Assembly (NCBI GenBank): GCA_013154175.1
Contig: JAADCZ010000064.1
Location: 1-55,217, forward strand
DNA: 55,217 nt
Reading direction: 5' to 3'
Origin: Thermodesulfobacteriota bacterium
GTDB taxonomy: Bacteria; Desulfobacterota; Dissulfuribacteria; Dissulfuribacterales; QOAL01
Part shown: piece by piece, positions 28,196 through 38,330 of the stretch
Layout of the letters: each line of letters begins with the position of its first letter
Position numbering within the stretch: the stretch's first letter is position 1
Notes under the pieces: generated by a model
What the model was told of the DNA's origin: nothing
Database searches by the model: none
Seen by the model: only the letters and a program-made list of their open reading frames with translations
Made by a program: the position numbers and the translations under genes

Positions 28196-28918
28196 TCAAA
28201 GGCCCCTTTCTTCAAGCCCTTTCTGTATCTCTTTTTGAATCTGAACAACCGTGGCGACAGGATCCTCTGCCCTTGAAATGGGGCGGCCTATTACAACATA
28301 GTCTGCACCATTTTTGATGGCCTCCTTGGCAGAGGCAACTCGCTTTTGATCATCCTTTTCTATGTCGCGATTGATACCAGGGCGTATTCCCGGGGTGACG
28401 ATGATAAAGTTGTCCCCCAGCTCCTTTCTCAGGGACGCTGTCTCCCTAGGGGATGCCACAACGCCGTCACACCCGAGATCCACGGCCTTTTTTGCCCTAA
28501 GAAGCACCAGGTCCTCAATGGAGCCCTCGAGGCCCAGCTGCCGCATGTCCGACTCATCAAAGGATGTCAGCACTGTGACCGCCAAAATCTTAAGGTCTTC
28601 CTTTTCCCTAACGGCCGCCTCTATGATTGGTTCGTTTCCATGCACAGTGGCAAAGGTGACACCCCTGTCCCTGAGTTGTGCAACGGCATTCTGCACGGTC
28701 TCTGGTATGTCAAAAAACTTCAGATCCACCATGACCTTGTGGCCTCTGCCAGTAATCTCCTCGACCACTGGCCACCAGCCAGCAAGAAACAACTGGAGCC
28801 CAACCTTGTAGAAATGTATATGGTCTCCAAGAAGGTCTAGCCACTTTTTTGCCTCGTCCACATTTGGGACATCGAGGGCAAAGATTATTCTTTCTTTAAG
28901 GGGAATGTTCTTGGACAT
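28196..28918 (-). CDS. pyrF: Orotidine-5'-phosphate decarboxylase
   Basis: ALD, KVG, DLKFFDIPET, VTVLTS, TPGIR, GRPI. Confidence 0.96.
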   Translation of the reverse strand: MSKNIPLKERIIFALDVPNVDEAKKWLDLLGDHIHFYKVGLQLFLAGWWPVVEEITGRGHKVMVDLKFFDIPETVQNAVAQLRDRGVTFATVHGNEPIIEAAVREKEDLKILAVTVLTSFDESDMRQLGLEGSIEDLVLLRAKKAVDLGCDGVVASPRETASLRKELGDNFIIVTPGIRPGINRDIEKDDQKRVASAKEAIKNGADYVVIGRPISRAEDPVATVVQIQKEIQKGLEERGL

Positions 28919-29068
28919 GTTAGCCACAAATAGAGACTTCCTTGCAGAACCTCCAGGGTTCTTGAGACAAGAAAGACCTTTCAACTGGATTTAAAAGTTT
29001 GTTAAAAGTAAACTCCTCAATTTTCAGGCTGAACAGCGGCCTAAAAGCGGGGATGAAAAAGGAAAATT

Positions 29069-29143
29069 TGGTGGGCGGTACTGGGATCGAACCAGTGACT
29101 TCCACCGTGTGAAGGTGGCACTCTCCCGCTGAGTTAACCGCCC
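29069..29143 (-). tRNA. tRNA-Val (anticodon CAC)
   Basis: Minus strand GGGCGGT..CCACC-TTCACAC-GGTGG..GGTTCGATCCC..ACCGCCCACCA; 75 nt cloverleaf with encoded CCA. Confidence 0.95.
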
Positions 29144-29165
29144 ATCTATCTCTCTAATATGAGAA

Positions 29166-29194
29166 GTAATAAAGAGATGTTCATGCCTTGTCAA
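29166..29194 (-). promoter_or_regulatory. Putative sigma70 promoter of tRNA-Val
   Basis: TTGACA-N17-TATTAC about 20 nt upstream of the tRNA. Confidence 0.45.
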
Positions 29195-29251
29195 CTCTTA
29201 AAATTAGGGTAAAAGTGCTGAAATCTTTGAACACCAACCAAGCGGATTGAA

Positions 29252-30460
29252 ATGAACTCAATGAATCTGATGAAGGACAGCCAAATAGAAGCACGAGCAG
29301 CCTGTGCCGGCACTGTCATCTGGGATAGCGGACGCGATCTCGGCTTTGATGACATGTCCCTTCTCTTTTCAAGCCCAGTTGCAACCTTGAGTGTACCACC
29401 CGATGGCACAGAAAAGGACCTTGAGACCCTGTTCCTCGAACTTGAAAGAGGTCTTAATGACGGACTATTCGCTGCAGGCTGGATTGCCTATGAGGCAGGC
29501 TACCTCTTGATTCCAAAACTCAGGCAGCACCTCTTGACCAAAAGGCCCAACGTCCCCCTTGCATGGTTTGGTCTCTATGAAAAGCCAGAGCTCTTTCACC
29601 CAAAAGATACGCCCCTTCCCCCTGGACACCATTTCCCAAATATCAGCCTCAAGCTCGATACCACCAGGGAGCAATTTATTAGGGCAATAGACAAGATCCA
29701 CGACTACATCCGTTCAGGAGACACCTACCAGATAAACTACACCATCCGCGGCCATTTTCCCTTTCACGGAAACGCCTTTGACCTCTATCAGACACTTAAA
29801 CAGAGACAACAGGTGGGCTACAGCGCCTTCATTCACCCCGCTGAAGGTCTCGACATCCTGTCTCTGTCTCCCGAGCTCTTCTTCAAGAAAAGGGGAAGAA
29901 AGATCCAGTCGAAGCCCATGAAAGGCACGGCCAAAAGGGGCAAAGACCCCGAAGAAGACAAAAGGATCGGGCGAGAACTCGGCTTGGATGAAAAGAATCG
30001 GGCAGAAAATGTAATGATTGTCGACCTTCTAAGAAACGACCTTGGCCGCATTTGCGAAACAGGCTCTGTGAAAGTGCCGGAACTTTTCAAGGTGGAGCGC
30101 TACCAGACCCTGTTCCAGATGATCTCCACTGTTGAAGGGCTCTTGAGCAAAGGGACGAGGTGGTCTCAAATATTTCGCGCCCTGTTTCCCTGCGGCTCCA
30201 TTACAGGCGCCCCAAAGATAAGATCCATGGAGATTATTGCCGAGATAGAGAACACCCCCAGGGGCATCTACACCGGAGCCATAGGAGTCATCACGCCCCA
30301 GGGGGATTGTGTGTTCAACGTGGCAATTAGGACCATCACCATAAAAGAAGGCCAGGGGGAGATTGGAATTGGCGCAGGGATAACAATTGGCTCGAGTGGC
30401 ATCGAGGAGTTTGAAGAGACGGTCCTCAAGGCAAGATTCCTCACCCAGGACATAACCTAG
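29252..30460 (+). CDS. pabB: Aminodeoxychorismate synthase component I
   Basis: GDTYQIN, SPELF, PMKGT, AENVMIVDLLRNDLGR, PCGSITGAPK, NVAIRT. Confidence 0.92.
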   Translation: MNSMNLMKDSQIEARAACAGTVIWDSGRDLGFDDMSLLFSSPVATLSVPPDGTEKDLETLFLELERGLNDGLFAAGWIAYEAGYLLIPKLRQHLLTKRPNVPLAWFGLYEKPELFHPKDTPLPPGHHFPNISLKLDTTREQFIRAIDKIHDYIRSGDTYQINYTIRGHFPFHGNAFDLYQTLKQRQQVGYSAFIHPAEGLDILSLSPELFFKKRGRKIQSKPMKGTAKRGKDPEEDKRIGRELGLDEKNRAENVMIVDLLRNDLGRICETGSVKVPELFKVERYQTLFQMISTVEGLLSKGTRWSQIFRALFPCGSITGAPKIRSMEIIAEIENTPRGIYTGAIGVITPQGDCVFNVAIRTITIKEGQGEIGIGAGITIGSSGIEEFEETVLKARFLTQDIT

Positions 30461-30463
30461 ACC

Positions 30464-31132
30464 ATGAAATCACCCACGGATCTTGAACTCATTGAAACCA
30501 TGCGCTGGTCCAGAAAGGATGCCAGTGGCCATTCAAGGGGCTATTTCCTCCTGGATCTACACCTTGACAGACTAGAGGCATCGGCGCGTTTCTTTGGCTT
30601 TTCCCTGGACTTGGCCAAGATAGAAAGGGCCCTGGTCGAACTTGAAAAGAGCCTGATGAAAAGGGGGGATGAAACCTTTCTTGTGCGACTCCTATTGAGA
30701 AAGGATGGGACATTCCATCTTGAAGAGCGGATTATCCCCTCAAGGATGGACCAGCCCGTTGCCGTTGACATATCTTCGCATCGGGTAAACAGTAGCGACC
30801 TTTTTTTGTACCATAAGACCACAAGACGCCAGCTCTTTGACAAGGAAAGAAAACGGCTGACCCAAAAGGGCCTATACGAAACCATCTTTTTAAATGAAAA
30901 GGGGGAGCTGACCCAGGGCACCATAACAAACATCTTTCTGGATATGAAAGGGCCACGGCTTGTGACCCCGCCCCTTGAATGCGGGCTCTTGCCAGGCACG
31001 CTGCGGCGCCACCTCCTCGATACGGCAAAGGCCTCGGAACAGGTCCTGACCCTCGAAGACCTGAAGCAGGCATCCAGGGTGTTCGTTGGCAACTCGGTCA
31101 GGGGGTTGCTACTTGCAGATGTCCGAATCTAG
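30464..31132 (+). CDS. pabC: Class IV PLP enzyme, probable aminodeoxychorismate lyase
   Basis: ETM, HLDRL, HKTT.R, GLLPG..R, NSVRG; follows pabB. Confidence 0.8.
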   Translation: MKSPTDLELIETMRWSRKDASGHSRGYFLLDLHLDRLEASARFFGFSLDLAKIERALVELEKSLMKRGDETFLVRLLLRKDGTFHLEERIIPSRMDQPVAVDISSHRVNSSDLFLYHKTTRRQLFDKERKRLTQKGLYETIFLNEKGELTQGTITNIFLDMKGPRLVTPPLECGLLPGTLRRHLLDTAKASEQVLTLEDLKQASRVFVGNSVRGLLLADVRI

Positions 31133-31173
31133 CCTTGGCAAAGACCAGGCAACCAGAAAGGGCGCTACAAATC

Positions 31174-31764
31174 CTAATTTGCATCATCCCCACCTCCATA
31201 GAGGCGCTGACTTATGCGTGCCGCCTTTTCCGGCGACATATTGGCAAGAATTTTTGCCACCTTCTTGCTCTTCATTATTGAGAAAAGGCGCGTCACGGTG
31301 TCTTCGTCCATCTTGTCCAGGAGGGCAGCTGCCCTTACAGGGTCCATGGAGCTGTAAACCCCTGCCAGATGCTGAAGTCGTGCCTCTTCCTCGAAACGCT
31401 TCTTCTTTACTGGGCCTTCGAGTTTACGCTGAAGATCCTTCAGCTGCTTAATCTTCTCATCTATGTCCCTTTCGAGGAGTCGCAGATTCTCCTCCTTGTC
31501 ATCGAGGGCCTTTTCCCTGTCCTGAAGTTTGGCCATCTTGATGCGCAACATGCGAAGAAGCTCTGGATGACAAGCACTCTCATCATGCTCGGTCAAGGTC
31601 TTGGCATTGTCAGACTGACCAGAGGCGGCAGCCGAGGCAACATTTTCAAGGATTGGCGGATCTGTGTCCAAATGGCAAAGCATTGCCGTCACTACCGCCA
31701 GCTTGGCAATGAGGGCCACGGCCAGGACCTTTATCCATACTCTGCCCATTGAGATGCCTTTCAT
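31174..31764 (-). CDS. MotE/YlxF-like flagellar protein (TM + coiled coil + MgtE_N-like)
   Basis: YSSMDP..AA..M..KKVAKILANMSPEKAA; directly after fliJ. Confidence 0.75.
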   Translation of the reverse strand: MKGISMGRVWIKVLAVALIAKLAVVTAMLCHLDTDPPILENVASAAASGQSDNAKTLTEHDESACHPELLRMLRIKMAKLQDREKALDDKEENLRLLERDIDEKIKQLKDLQRKLEGPVKKKRFEEEARLQHLAGVYSSMDPVRAAALLDKMDEDTVTRLFSIMKSKKVAKILANMSPEKAARISQRLYGGGDDAN

Positions 31765-32213
31765 CTATTTTTGCTCCTGTCACGGGCATGACTGAGGGAT
31801 ACCAGCTCGTCCAGCTCCTTTTGAAGCTCCGCATCCACCTCCTTGAGATAACGCTTAAGATCCCTGTCCTTAAGCCCAGAGACGAGTTCAGTGTCCATGT
31901 GCCTTTGACGAAGCTGGCCCCTGGCCTGGGCAAGCTCAACCTTGGCCTGCTTGAGCCTTTGATCCAGCTCCCTGCACTTTTGCTCCATGTGAGAAATAAG
32001 CTGACACCTGAAGTTGAAATCCGATGACATGATTCCCTCCTCCATTCCGTCTCTCAAGCGTTCCTCTTCCTTTTTCAACTTCTCCTTTTGCATTTTCAAC
32101 TCTTCTTCAAGTGACTTTAGATTTCCCAGGGCCTTGGCGAACTCCATTTCAGCTACTTCTTCGAGACGTTGCCTCACCCTCAAGAGCGCCTCTAGCCTGA
32201 ACTTGAACTTCAT
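31761..32213 (-). CDS. fliJ: Flagellar export protein FliJ
   Basis: FKFRLEALL.VR..QKELDE; coiled coil after fliI. Confidence 0.88.
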   Translation of the reverse strand: MKFKFRLEALLRVRQRLEEVAEMEFAKALGNLKSLEEELKMQKEKLKKEEERLRDGMEEGIMSSDFNFRCQLISHMEQKCRELDQRLKQAKVELAQARGQLRQRHMDTELVSGLKDRDLKRYLKEVDAELQKELDELVSLSHARDRSKNR

Positions 32214-32225
32214 ACCCTAAGCCTT

Positions 32226-33572
32226 TTACTGAAACATGCTGATGAGTCTGGATATGGACTCCTCCAGACTCGACCGCTCATCCACCGACTGGGTCAGATA
32301 GGCCTTGACCTCGTCGATCTTGCTTAGGGCAAAATCTATCTCTGGGTTGGTACCCCTGGTGTAAGCCCCGAGATTGACCAGGTCTTCGGCCCTCTTGTAC
32401 ACGGACAGAACCTTGAGAAGCTTCTGATAGGAAGCTATCTGACCAGGTGCAGCAATGTCCCTCATTATCCTGCTGATGCTCTGAAGTATGTCTATTGCAG
32501 GGTAGTGACCCTGATGGGCGAGCTCCCTGCTGAGAACCACGTGCCCATCCACGATGCTCCGGACAGAGTCGGCAATGGGCTCGTTCATGTCGTCTCCCTC
32601 CACAAGAACAGTATAGATCCCGGTAATGCTGCCCTTTTCACCCTTCCTGCCGGCCCTTTCAAGGAGCTTGGGCAGCTCTGCAAATACCGAGGGCGTATAT
32701 CCCCTGGATGTCGGGGGCTCTCCAATGGACAGCCCCACCTCCCTGTGGGCCATTGCAAATCTCGTTACAGAATCCATCATGAGGATGACGTCCTTGCCCT
32801 TGTCCCTGAAATATTCTGCCAGGGCTGTGGCAAGGTATGCCCCTCTGAGCCTGATTAGTGGGGGCTGATCAGAGGTTGCCACAACGACCACAGATCTCTT
32901 CAGGCCCTCGGGGCCAAGGTCCCTTTCTATGAAATCCCTGAGCTCCCGGCCACGCTCACCAATGAGGCCAATAACGCTCACATCAGCTGAGGTGTGTCTC
33001 GCTATCATGCCAAGCAAGGTGCTCTTCCCCACACCGGAGCCTGCCATGATGGCAATCCTCTGACCCTTGCCAAGGGTCAGGCACCCATTTATGGCCCTTA
33101 TGCCCACATCCACCGGGGTGTCTATTCTGGGGCGTTCCATTGGATTTAGCGGGTCTGCATAGAGGGGATAGTATTCGTCGTAAAATATGGGCCCCTTGTC
33201 GTCGATGGGTATCCCCCTTGCGTCGAGCACGCGTCCAAGCAGCCTCTCTCCTACGCCCACGCGGGCATGCTCCTGGCTGACCCAAATCTTGCTCCCTGGC
33301 TCTATGCCCCGCATATCTCCAAGGGGCATGAGGAGAACCCGATTGTTCCTGAAACCCACCACCTCAGCGGTGAGGGCCTTGCCAGAGCCAACTTCCACAG
33401 AACAGATTCCTCCAATGGGCACTCCAGGCCCCTGGCCCTCTATGACCATGCCAACGACTTCCTTGACGATACCGCATACCCTTACGGGTTTTGTGACCTT
33501 GGCGGTCTCGATGTAGGGCTCGAGGCTCAAATCCAGGCTGTCGTGCAGGGACCAATTGTCAACACGGCTCAC
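32226..33572 (-). CDS. fliI: Flagellar export ATPase FliI
   Basis: AGSGVGKS, GERGRE, DSVTRFA, GEPP. Confidence 0.95.
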   Translation of the reverse strand: MSRVDNWSLHDSLDLSLEPYIETAKVTKPVRVCGIVKEVVGMVIEGQGPGVPIGGICSVEVGSGKALTAEVVGFRNNRVLLMPLGDMRGIEPGSKIWVSQEHARVGVGERLLGRVLDARGIPIDDKGPIFYDEYYPLYADPLNPMERPRIDTPVDVGIRAINGCLTLGKGQRIAIMAGSGVGKSTLLGMIARHTSADVSVIGLIGERGRELRDFIERDLGPEGLKRSVVVVATSDQPPLIRLRGAYLATALAEYFRDKGKDVILMMDSVTRFAMAHREVGLSIGEPPTSRGYTPSVFAELPKLLERAGRKGEKGSITGIYTVLVEGDDMNEPIADSVRSIVDGHVVLSRELAHQGHYPAIDILQSISRIMRDIAAPGQIASYQKLLKVLSVYKRAEDLVNLGAYTRGTNPEIDFALSKIDEVKAYLTQSVDERSSLEESISRLISMFQ

Positions 33573-34429
33573 TCTTGCGACTCCTCGATTGTCAAAATCT
33601 CTTCTGGAAGCTCTACCTCTGTGCGTTCATAAAGTTGCCTGCCAATATCCTCCATAATGGACTGCCATCTAGATTCCACAGACGCATCCACAAGGCCGAA
33701 GTCCGTCTCAATCATGCATCCGCCCCTGGTTACAGAGCCATCGGGCTGAAATTCCACCCGATTTCCCCCGGGTCCAGAAAGTCTGGCAATGAAGTCTTCC
33801 CCAAGATTTTCAAAGTCCCTGGGGTTTATGTGGACCTTCACGAGACTGCCTTCGACTGTCTTGTTCATGGCCTTTGTCAGGACCCTCGAAATGAGCTCCT
33901 TGTCCGAGGCAAGCTCCTTTTCCACCATTGCCTTTGCCACGAGTAGGGATATCTGGACCATCTGGGCCTCATAGGCCCTGGAGAGGCCTGCCGTTTCTTT
34001 CTTGAAGCTTTCAATAAGGTTTTCAAGGTGTTGAAGACCTATCTCGAACTGCTTTCTGCCAAGCTCTTCGCCATCCTTGCTTCCCTGTTCATAGCCAAGG
34101 GTGTAGGCCTGGCTCTCTATCTCCTCTGCATTCTTCTTTGCAGTTGAGACTATCTCCTCTGCCTCGGCCTTCAGTCTTGCTGCCTCTTGTTCCGCCTCTT
34201 CCAGTATCCTCTTGGCCTGCTCCTTTGCCTCAGCCACAAGGTCCCTCGTTTCAGCCTCTGACTGGACCTGTGGTTCACACTCGGCCTTTCCTTCTTCCTT
34301 GTCTGGAAGAAGACCAGACAGGCAGTTGAAGTCCTCACAGGCTGCATCCTGCTCCTTGTCCGAACCCGAAGCAGGTACTGTTTGAAACACGGTGAAGTTG
34401 CAACGACCACGCTTTATAACCCTTGCCAT
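33569..34429 (-). CDS. fliH: Flagellar assembly protein FliH
   Basis: GxxxG repeats; NP.D; GGC.IET..G.VDA. Confidence 0.88.
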   Translation of the reverse strand: MARVIKRGRCNFTVFQTVPASGSDKEQDAACEDFNCLSGLLPDKEEGKAECEPQVQSEAETRDLVAEAKEQAKRILEEAEQEAARLKAEAEEIVSTAKKNAEEIESQAYTLGYEQGSKDGEELGRKQFEIGLQHLENLIESFKKETAGLSRAYEAQMVQISLLVAKAMVEKELASDKELISRVLTKAMNKTVEGSLVKVHINPRDFENLGEDFIARLSGPGGNRVEFQPDGSVTRGGCMIETDFGLVDASVESRWQSIMEDIGRQLYERTEVELPEEILTIEESQE

Positions 34430-34432
34430 AAG

Positions 34433-35473
34433 CTACACCAGCACCTCGTCGCCACCCTTGCCGCCAAGGACGATCTTGCCCTCGCTCTCCAGACGCTTTG
34501 CCACCCTGATGATTGCCTGCTGCGCCTGCTCCACATCCTTTAGCCGCACAGGCCCCATAACCTCCAGGTCTTCCTTGAGCATCTGGGCCGCACGTTCTGA
34601 CATGTTGTTGAAGAACTTGGCCCTTAGCTCCTCTGATGCCGCCTTGAGTGCCAGTTTCAGCTCGTCTGTGCTTATCTCCTTCAAAATTGCAACAATGGCA
34701 CTGTCGTCCACCTGAAGAAGGTCCTCAAACTTGAACATGAGCTTCTTGATCTCTTCAGCAAGATCCTGGGAGGTCTCCTCAATCTGTTCGAGCAGGGCAT
34801 CCTCGAGGGTCCTATCGAGGTTGTTGAGAATCTCTGCAACCTTTTCTGCACCTCCAACCTTGGTGGCATCACTCATCTCCACGGAGAACAGCTCCTCTTC
34901 TAGGACCCTGTCGATTTCTGCCACGATTTCAGGGCTTATCTTCTCCAGATTGGCAATGCGCAACATCACGTCGGACTGGAGTTTTTCATTGAGTTCAGAA
35001 AGTATCTCTGCAGCCAGATCTGGCTCCAGGTGGGCGAGTATCACCGCAATTGTCTGGGGATGTTCATTTGACAGAAAGTTTACGATTACCTTTGGCTCCA
35101 GACTCGAAAGTTTCTGGAAGGTGGATGGGTGAAGCTGTCGCATGATGTCTTCGTATATCTGCTTTGCCTGTTCCTCTGGCATGGAGGAAAAGAGGACCTT
35201 TTTTAGAAAATCCTCAACAGGAACAGCCATCTCACCCTGGACCATGGACATCTTTTCCCTCACCTCATCCAGCACGAGCTGAATGGCCTCACCGGGAATG
35301 TTCTGGATCTTGGCCATGAGGGTGGATACCCGTCGCACCTCGTCTTCCTTGAGATACTTGAAAACCTCGGCGGTAAAGGCCTCGCCCATTGCCAGCAGAA
35401 ATATGGCGGCCTTTGCAGGGCCGTCGGGATTCGAAAGATCCATTTCGCCAGGTATGGCCGGTGCGTTACTCAC
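34433..35473 (-). CDS. fliG: Flagellar motor switch FliG
   Basis: KAAI, EHPQ, MFKFED, NMSERAA, GPVRL. Confidence 0.95.
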   Translation of the reverse strand: MSNAPAIPGEMDLSNPDGPAKAAIFLLAMGEAFTAEVFKYLKEDEVRRVSTLMAKIQNIPGEAIQLVLDEVREKMSMVQGEMAVPVEDFLKKVLFSSMPEEQAKQIYEDIMRQLHPSTFQKLSSLEPKVIVNFLSNEHPQTIAVILAHLEPDLAAEILSELNEKLQSDVMLRIANLEKISPEIVAEIDRVLEEELFSVEMSDATKVGGAEKVAEILNNLDRTLEDALLEQIEETSQDLAEEIKKLMFKFEDLLQVDDSAIVAILKEISTDELKLALKAASEELRAKFFNNMSERAAQMLKEDLEVMGPVRLKDVEQAQQAIIRVAKRLESEGKIVLGGKGGDEVLV

Positions 35474-37067
35474 CTTCGTCCTCCTTGTGCTTTTCTCTCA
35501 ACCAAATCTTTATGAGGGCAGCCGCCCTTTCAGGGTAGTCGCTTGCAAGATCCCTGAGCTCGCCCTTTACATCTGGCATTGGCTCAAAGGCGGGTGCCAC
35601 CGCTGCCTCACCCCCTGCAACCTCGCCCTCGATGGCAGCCGTCTCTTCTGGAGATTCCTCAGGCTCCGGAGGGGCAAGGACGAACCTGTTCAGCAGAGGC
35701 TTCAAGATGGCAAATATGAATATGAGTGCCAGGATGAGATTGGCCATTGGCCTTATGAGTTTCGTGAATATATCCACGGCCTTTGAAACCATCCCCGCAC
35801 CCTTTGTCTCTGGGGTAAAGGGTACATTCACGACACTGACCTCGTCCCCGCGCTCTTCGCTGTACCCCATTGCCGCCATAACTATCTGCTTGAGATTTGC
35901 TATCTCCTCTGGGCTTCGAGGCTGATAGACTGTCTTGCCCTTTTCTTCCACATATTTGCCATCCACCATCACCGCCACAGACAGGCGTTTTAGCGTACCA
36001 ACCGAGCCCAGGATCTCTCTTTGAACCCTGCTGATTTCGTAGTTGCTTATCTCTTTCTTCTTCTTTCTAAGAAAATTTTCTTCGCCCTGCTGACCCACAT
36101 TGCCCTGGAGCTTGTCTGCCAGGCCCCCCTTGACCCCTGGGATGCCCCCGGGGTTCACGGGCTTGTCCAGCTCCTCACTCTTCTCTTCACTCCTTACGGC
36201 AACCATGTCTGGGTCGTACCTGTCCTCGTTTGTCTTGACCTGATTGAAGTCCACCTCTGCGCTTACGCGAACAACCGCCTTCTTTGGCCCAAGGGCATCT
36301 TCCAGCATGGTCTGGATTTTATGCTTGAAATAGCTTTCGAGGCGCTTTCTGTAGGTAAAGCGGAGATTGGCCTTGGCCTTGAGAGGGTCCTTGACCGCCA
36401 TCTTGGAGTCGAAGAGCACATTTCCAGTAGTATCAACCACAGTGACATTGTCTTTCTTGAGGCGTGGCACCGCACTGGCCACCAGGTGGACTATGCCCTG
36501 AACCTGGCTCTGTGAGAGCTCCTGCCCCCTTTTTAACTCCAGGACGACAGAGGCACTGGGCTCCTGCCTCTGGCCAACAAACAGACTCTCCTTTGGCTCT
36601 GCAATGTGAACCCGAACGGTCTTGACCTGGGGAAAGCGGGCTATGGTCTTTTCTAGCTCACCCTGAAGGGCACGCTGATAGTTTACCTGCTGGACAAAAT
36701 CCGTGGTGCCGAGGCTCGTCTTGTCGAACAACTCGAAACCCACTCCACTGCCCCTGGGAAGCCCCTGACTCGCCAGGGCCAGACGCACGTCATAAACCTT
36801 GTCTTCCGGCACCTTTATGACGCTTCCGCCCTGGGCCACCTTGTAGGGGATGCCCTTTTTCTTGAGCCACTGGACTATCTCCCCAGCATCCTTCTGATCC
36901 AAATCCGTATAGAGCACCTTGTAGGTAGGTGTGTTAATGAAAAGGAAAAGGGCTATGAAACCGGCAAGCACACCCACCACCACAGCCGCGGAAACAATCT
37001 TCTGCCTGACGCTCAGGTCGTCGTAAAGCTTTTTCAACTGGGAAATGTAATCAGACGGTGCTGCCAT
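35466..37067 (-). CDS. fliF: Flagellar M-ring FliF
   Basis: GFELFD, RALQGEL, ASV, RLSVAV, RGD. Confidence 0.95.
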   Translation of the reverse strand: MAAPSDYISQLKKLYDDLSVRQKIVSAAVVVGVLAGFIALFLFINTPTYKVLYTDLDQKDAGEIVQWLKKKGIPYKVAQGGSVIKVPEDKVYDVRLALASQGLPRGSGVGFELFDKTSLGTTDFVQQVNYQRALQGELEKTIARFPQVKTVRVHIAEPKESLFVGQRQEPSASVVLELKRGQELSQSQVQGIVHLVASAVPRLKKDNVTVVDTTGNVLFDSKMAVKDPLKAKANLRFTYRKRLESYFKHKIQTMLEDALGPKKAVVRVSAEVDFNQVKTNEDRYDPDMVAVRSEEKSEELDKPVNPGGIPGVKGGLADKLQGNVGQQGEENFLRKKKKEISNYEISRVQREILGSVGTLKRLSVAVMVDGKYVEEKGKTVYQPRSPEEIANLKQIVMAAMGYSEERGDEVSVVNVPFTPETKGAGMVSKAVDIFTKLIRPMANLILALIFIFAILKPLLNRFVLAPPEPEESPEETAAIEGEVAGGEAAVAPAFEPMPDVKGELRDLASDYPERAAALIKIWLREKHKEDEGE

Positions 37068-37110
37068 TTGTTGCTGATCTCCTCTCTACCTACTCCACTT
37101 GCCAAAAAGG

Positions 37111-37431
37111 CTAGAACTGTAGCCTCATAATCTCTTCATAGGCACTAAGTGCCTTGTTCCTCACCTGGACGAACATGCGAAAGGAAATATCCGCCTTTGA
37201 AAGGGCCACCATCACCTCAGGGATGTCCAGCTCCTCACCTGCCGCAAGCCTTGCAGCGAGCTCGTCTGCCTGGGTCATCTGCGAGTTGAGTTTCTCGAGC
37301 CCCTCTTCCACCATCTCCTTGAAGCCCTTGGCTGAAGGCTCGCTGCCATCGTCCCCTGGCTGGACGGCCCCCTGTATGAGGCCTGCCCCTGGCGTCTGCT
37401 GGAGATTTCTGATTTCCGCCATTGGCGACAC
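37111..37431 (-). CDS. fliE: Hook-basal body protein FliE
   Basis: QVRNKALSAYEEIMRLQ. Confidence 0.93.
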   Translation of the reverse strand: MSPMAEIRNLQQTPGAGLIQGAVQPGDDGSEPSAKGFKEMVEEGLEKLNSQMTQADELAARLAAGEELDIPEVMVALSKADISFRMFVQVRNKALSAYEEIMRLQF

Positions 37432-37436
37432 TCCTT

Positions 37437-37892
37437 TTACCTAATTATGTCTATGGCCTTGATGGCCATATTCTTGGCTGAATCCATGGCAGAGATATTT
37501 GCCTCATAGGCCCGCTGGGCACTCATTATGTCAACCATCTCTTCCATTACGTTTACGTTTGGAAGCTTCACCATGCCGTTTTCATCTGCATCAGGATGAC
37601 CTGGGTCGTAAACCTCCATAAAAGGGGTCTTGTCATCCACGATCTCTGCAACCTCCACGCTCTCTAACGCCCTTTCGAGCCTTGCCTCAAAATCATCACC
37701 ATCCCCTGACAGGCCCCTCGCATCATCGGTCAGGGGCACAGCGCGAAAAACCACCGACTTGGCCTTGTAGGGCCCTCCGTCCAGTGTCCTTGTGACATGG
37801 GCATTGGCCAGATTCATGGAGGCCACATTGAGCCTGGTGCGCTCGGCCCTGAGACCCTTGGCACTAATGGTGAAAGAAGAAAATAGATTCAT
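37437..37892 (-). CDS. flgC: Basal-body rod protein FlgC
   Basis: NLANA, GPY, YDPGHPDA, PNVN..EM, RAYEAN. Confidence 0.95.
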   Translation of the reverse strand: MNLFSSFTISAKGLRAERTRLNVASMNLANAHVTRTLDGGPYKAKSVVFRAVPLTDDARGLSGDGDDFEARLERALESVEVAEIVDDKTPFMEVYDPGHPDADENGMVKLPNVNVMEEMVDIMSAQRAYEANISAMDSAKNMAIKAIDIIR

Positions 37893-38323
37893 TGCTTACC
37901 TCCCTCGGTTATGGCGGTCTTCAGCATCTCAAATTTCTTTATGAGCATCTGGGTTGTCAGCTGGTACTGGATGTTGTTGGCTGAAAGCTTTGCCATCTCC
38001 TCATCCAGATCGACATTGTTTGGCACTCCTCTCTCCTCGCTCACAACTATGGCAGGGGGCGGCTCCGGCTCTTCTCCTCTAAGATGGCGTGGATTCGTTA
38101 CCCTAAGGGGAATCTCACTGCTGGCGCCGCCCTTGCCATGGTCGACCTCCACACCCTTTTCCTTAAGATATGTTTCCATCATCTTGTCGAAATTCAGATC
38201 CCTGGATTTGTATCCAGGTGTATCCACATTGGCGATGTTGGATGACAGCACTGCATTGCGCTTTGAACGCAAGGTGAGTGCCTTGCCCATAATGTCTATG
38301 GTTGCTCCAAACAATCCCTTCAT
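37889..38323 (-). CDS. flgB: Basal-body rod protein FlgB
   Basis: NIANVDTPGY, NNVDLDEEM; GAGGTG before ATG 38323. Confidence 0.94.
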   Translation of the reverse strand: MKGLFGATIDIMGKALTLRSKRNAVLSSNIANVDTPGYKSRDLNFDKMMETYLKEKGVEVDHGKGGASSEIPLRVTNPRHLRGEEPEPPPAIVVSEERGVPNNVDLDEEMAKLSANNIQYQLTTQMLIKKFEMLKTAITEGGKQ

Positions 38324-38330
38324 ATCCACC

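Noticed and set aside
28985-29250. Integrative element at tRNA-Val
   Set aside because: No integrase, no tRNA 3' duplication seen, and housekeeping genes on both sides
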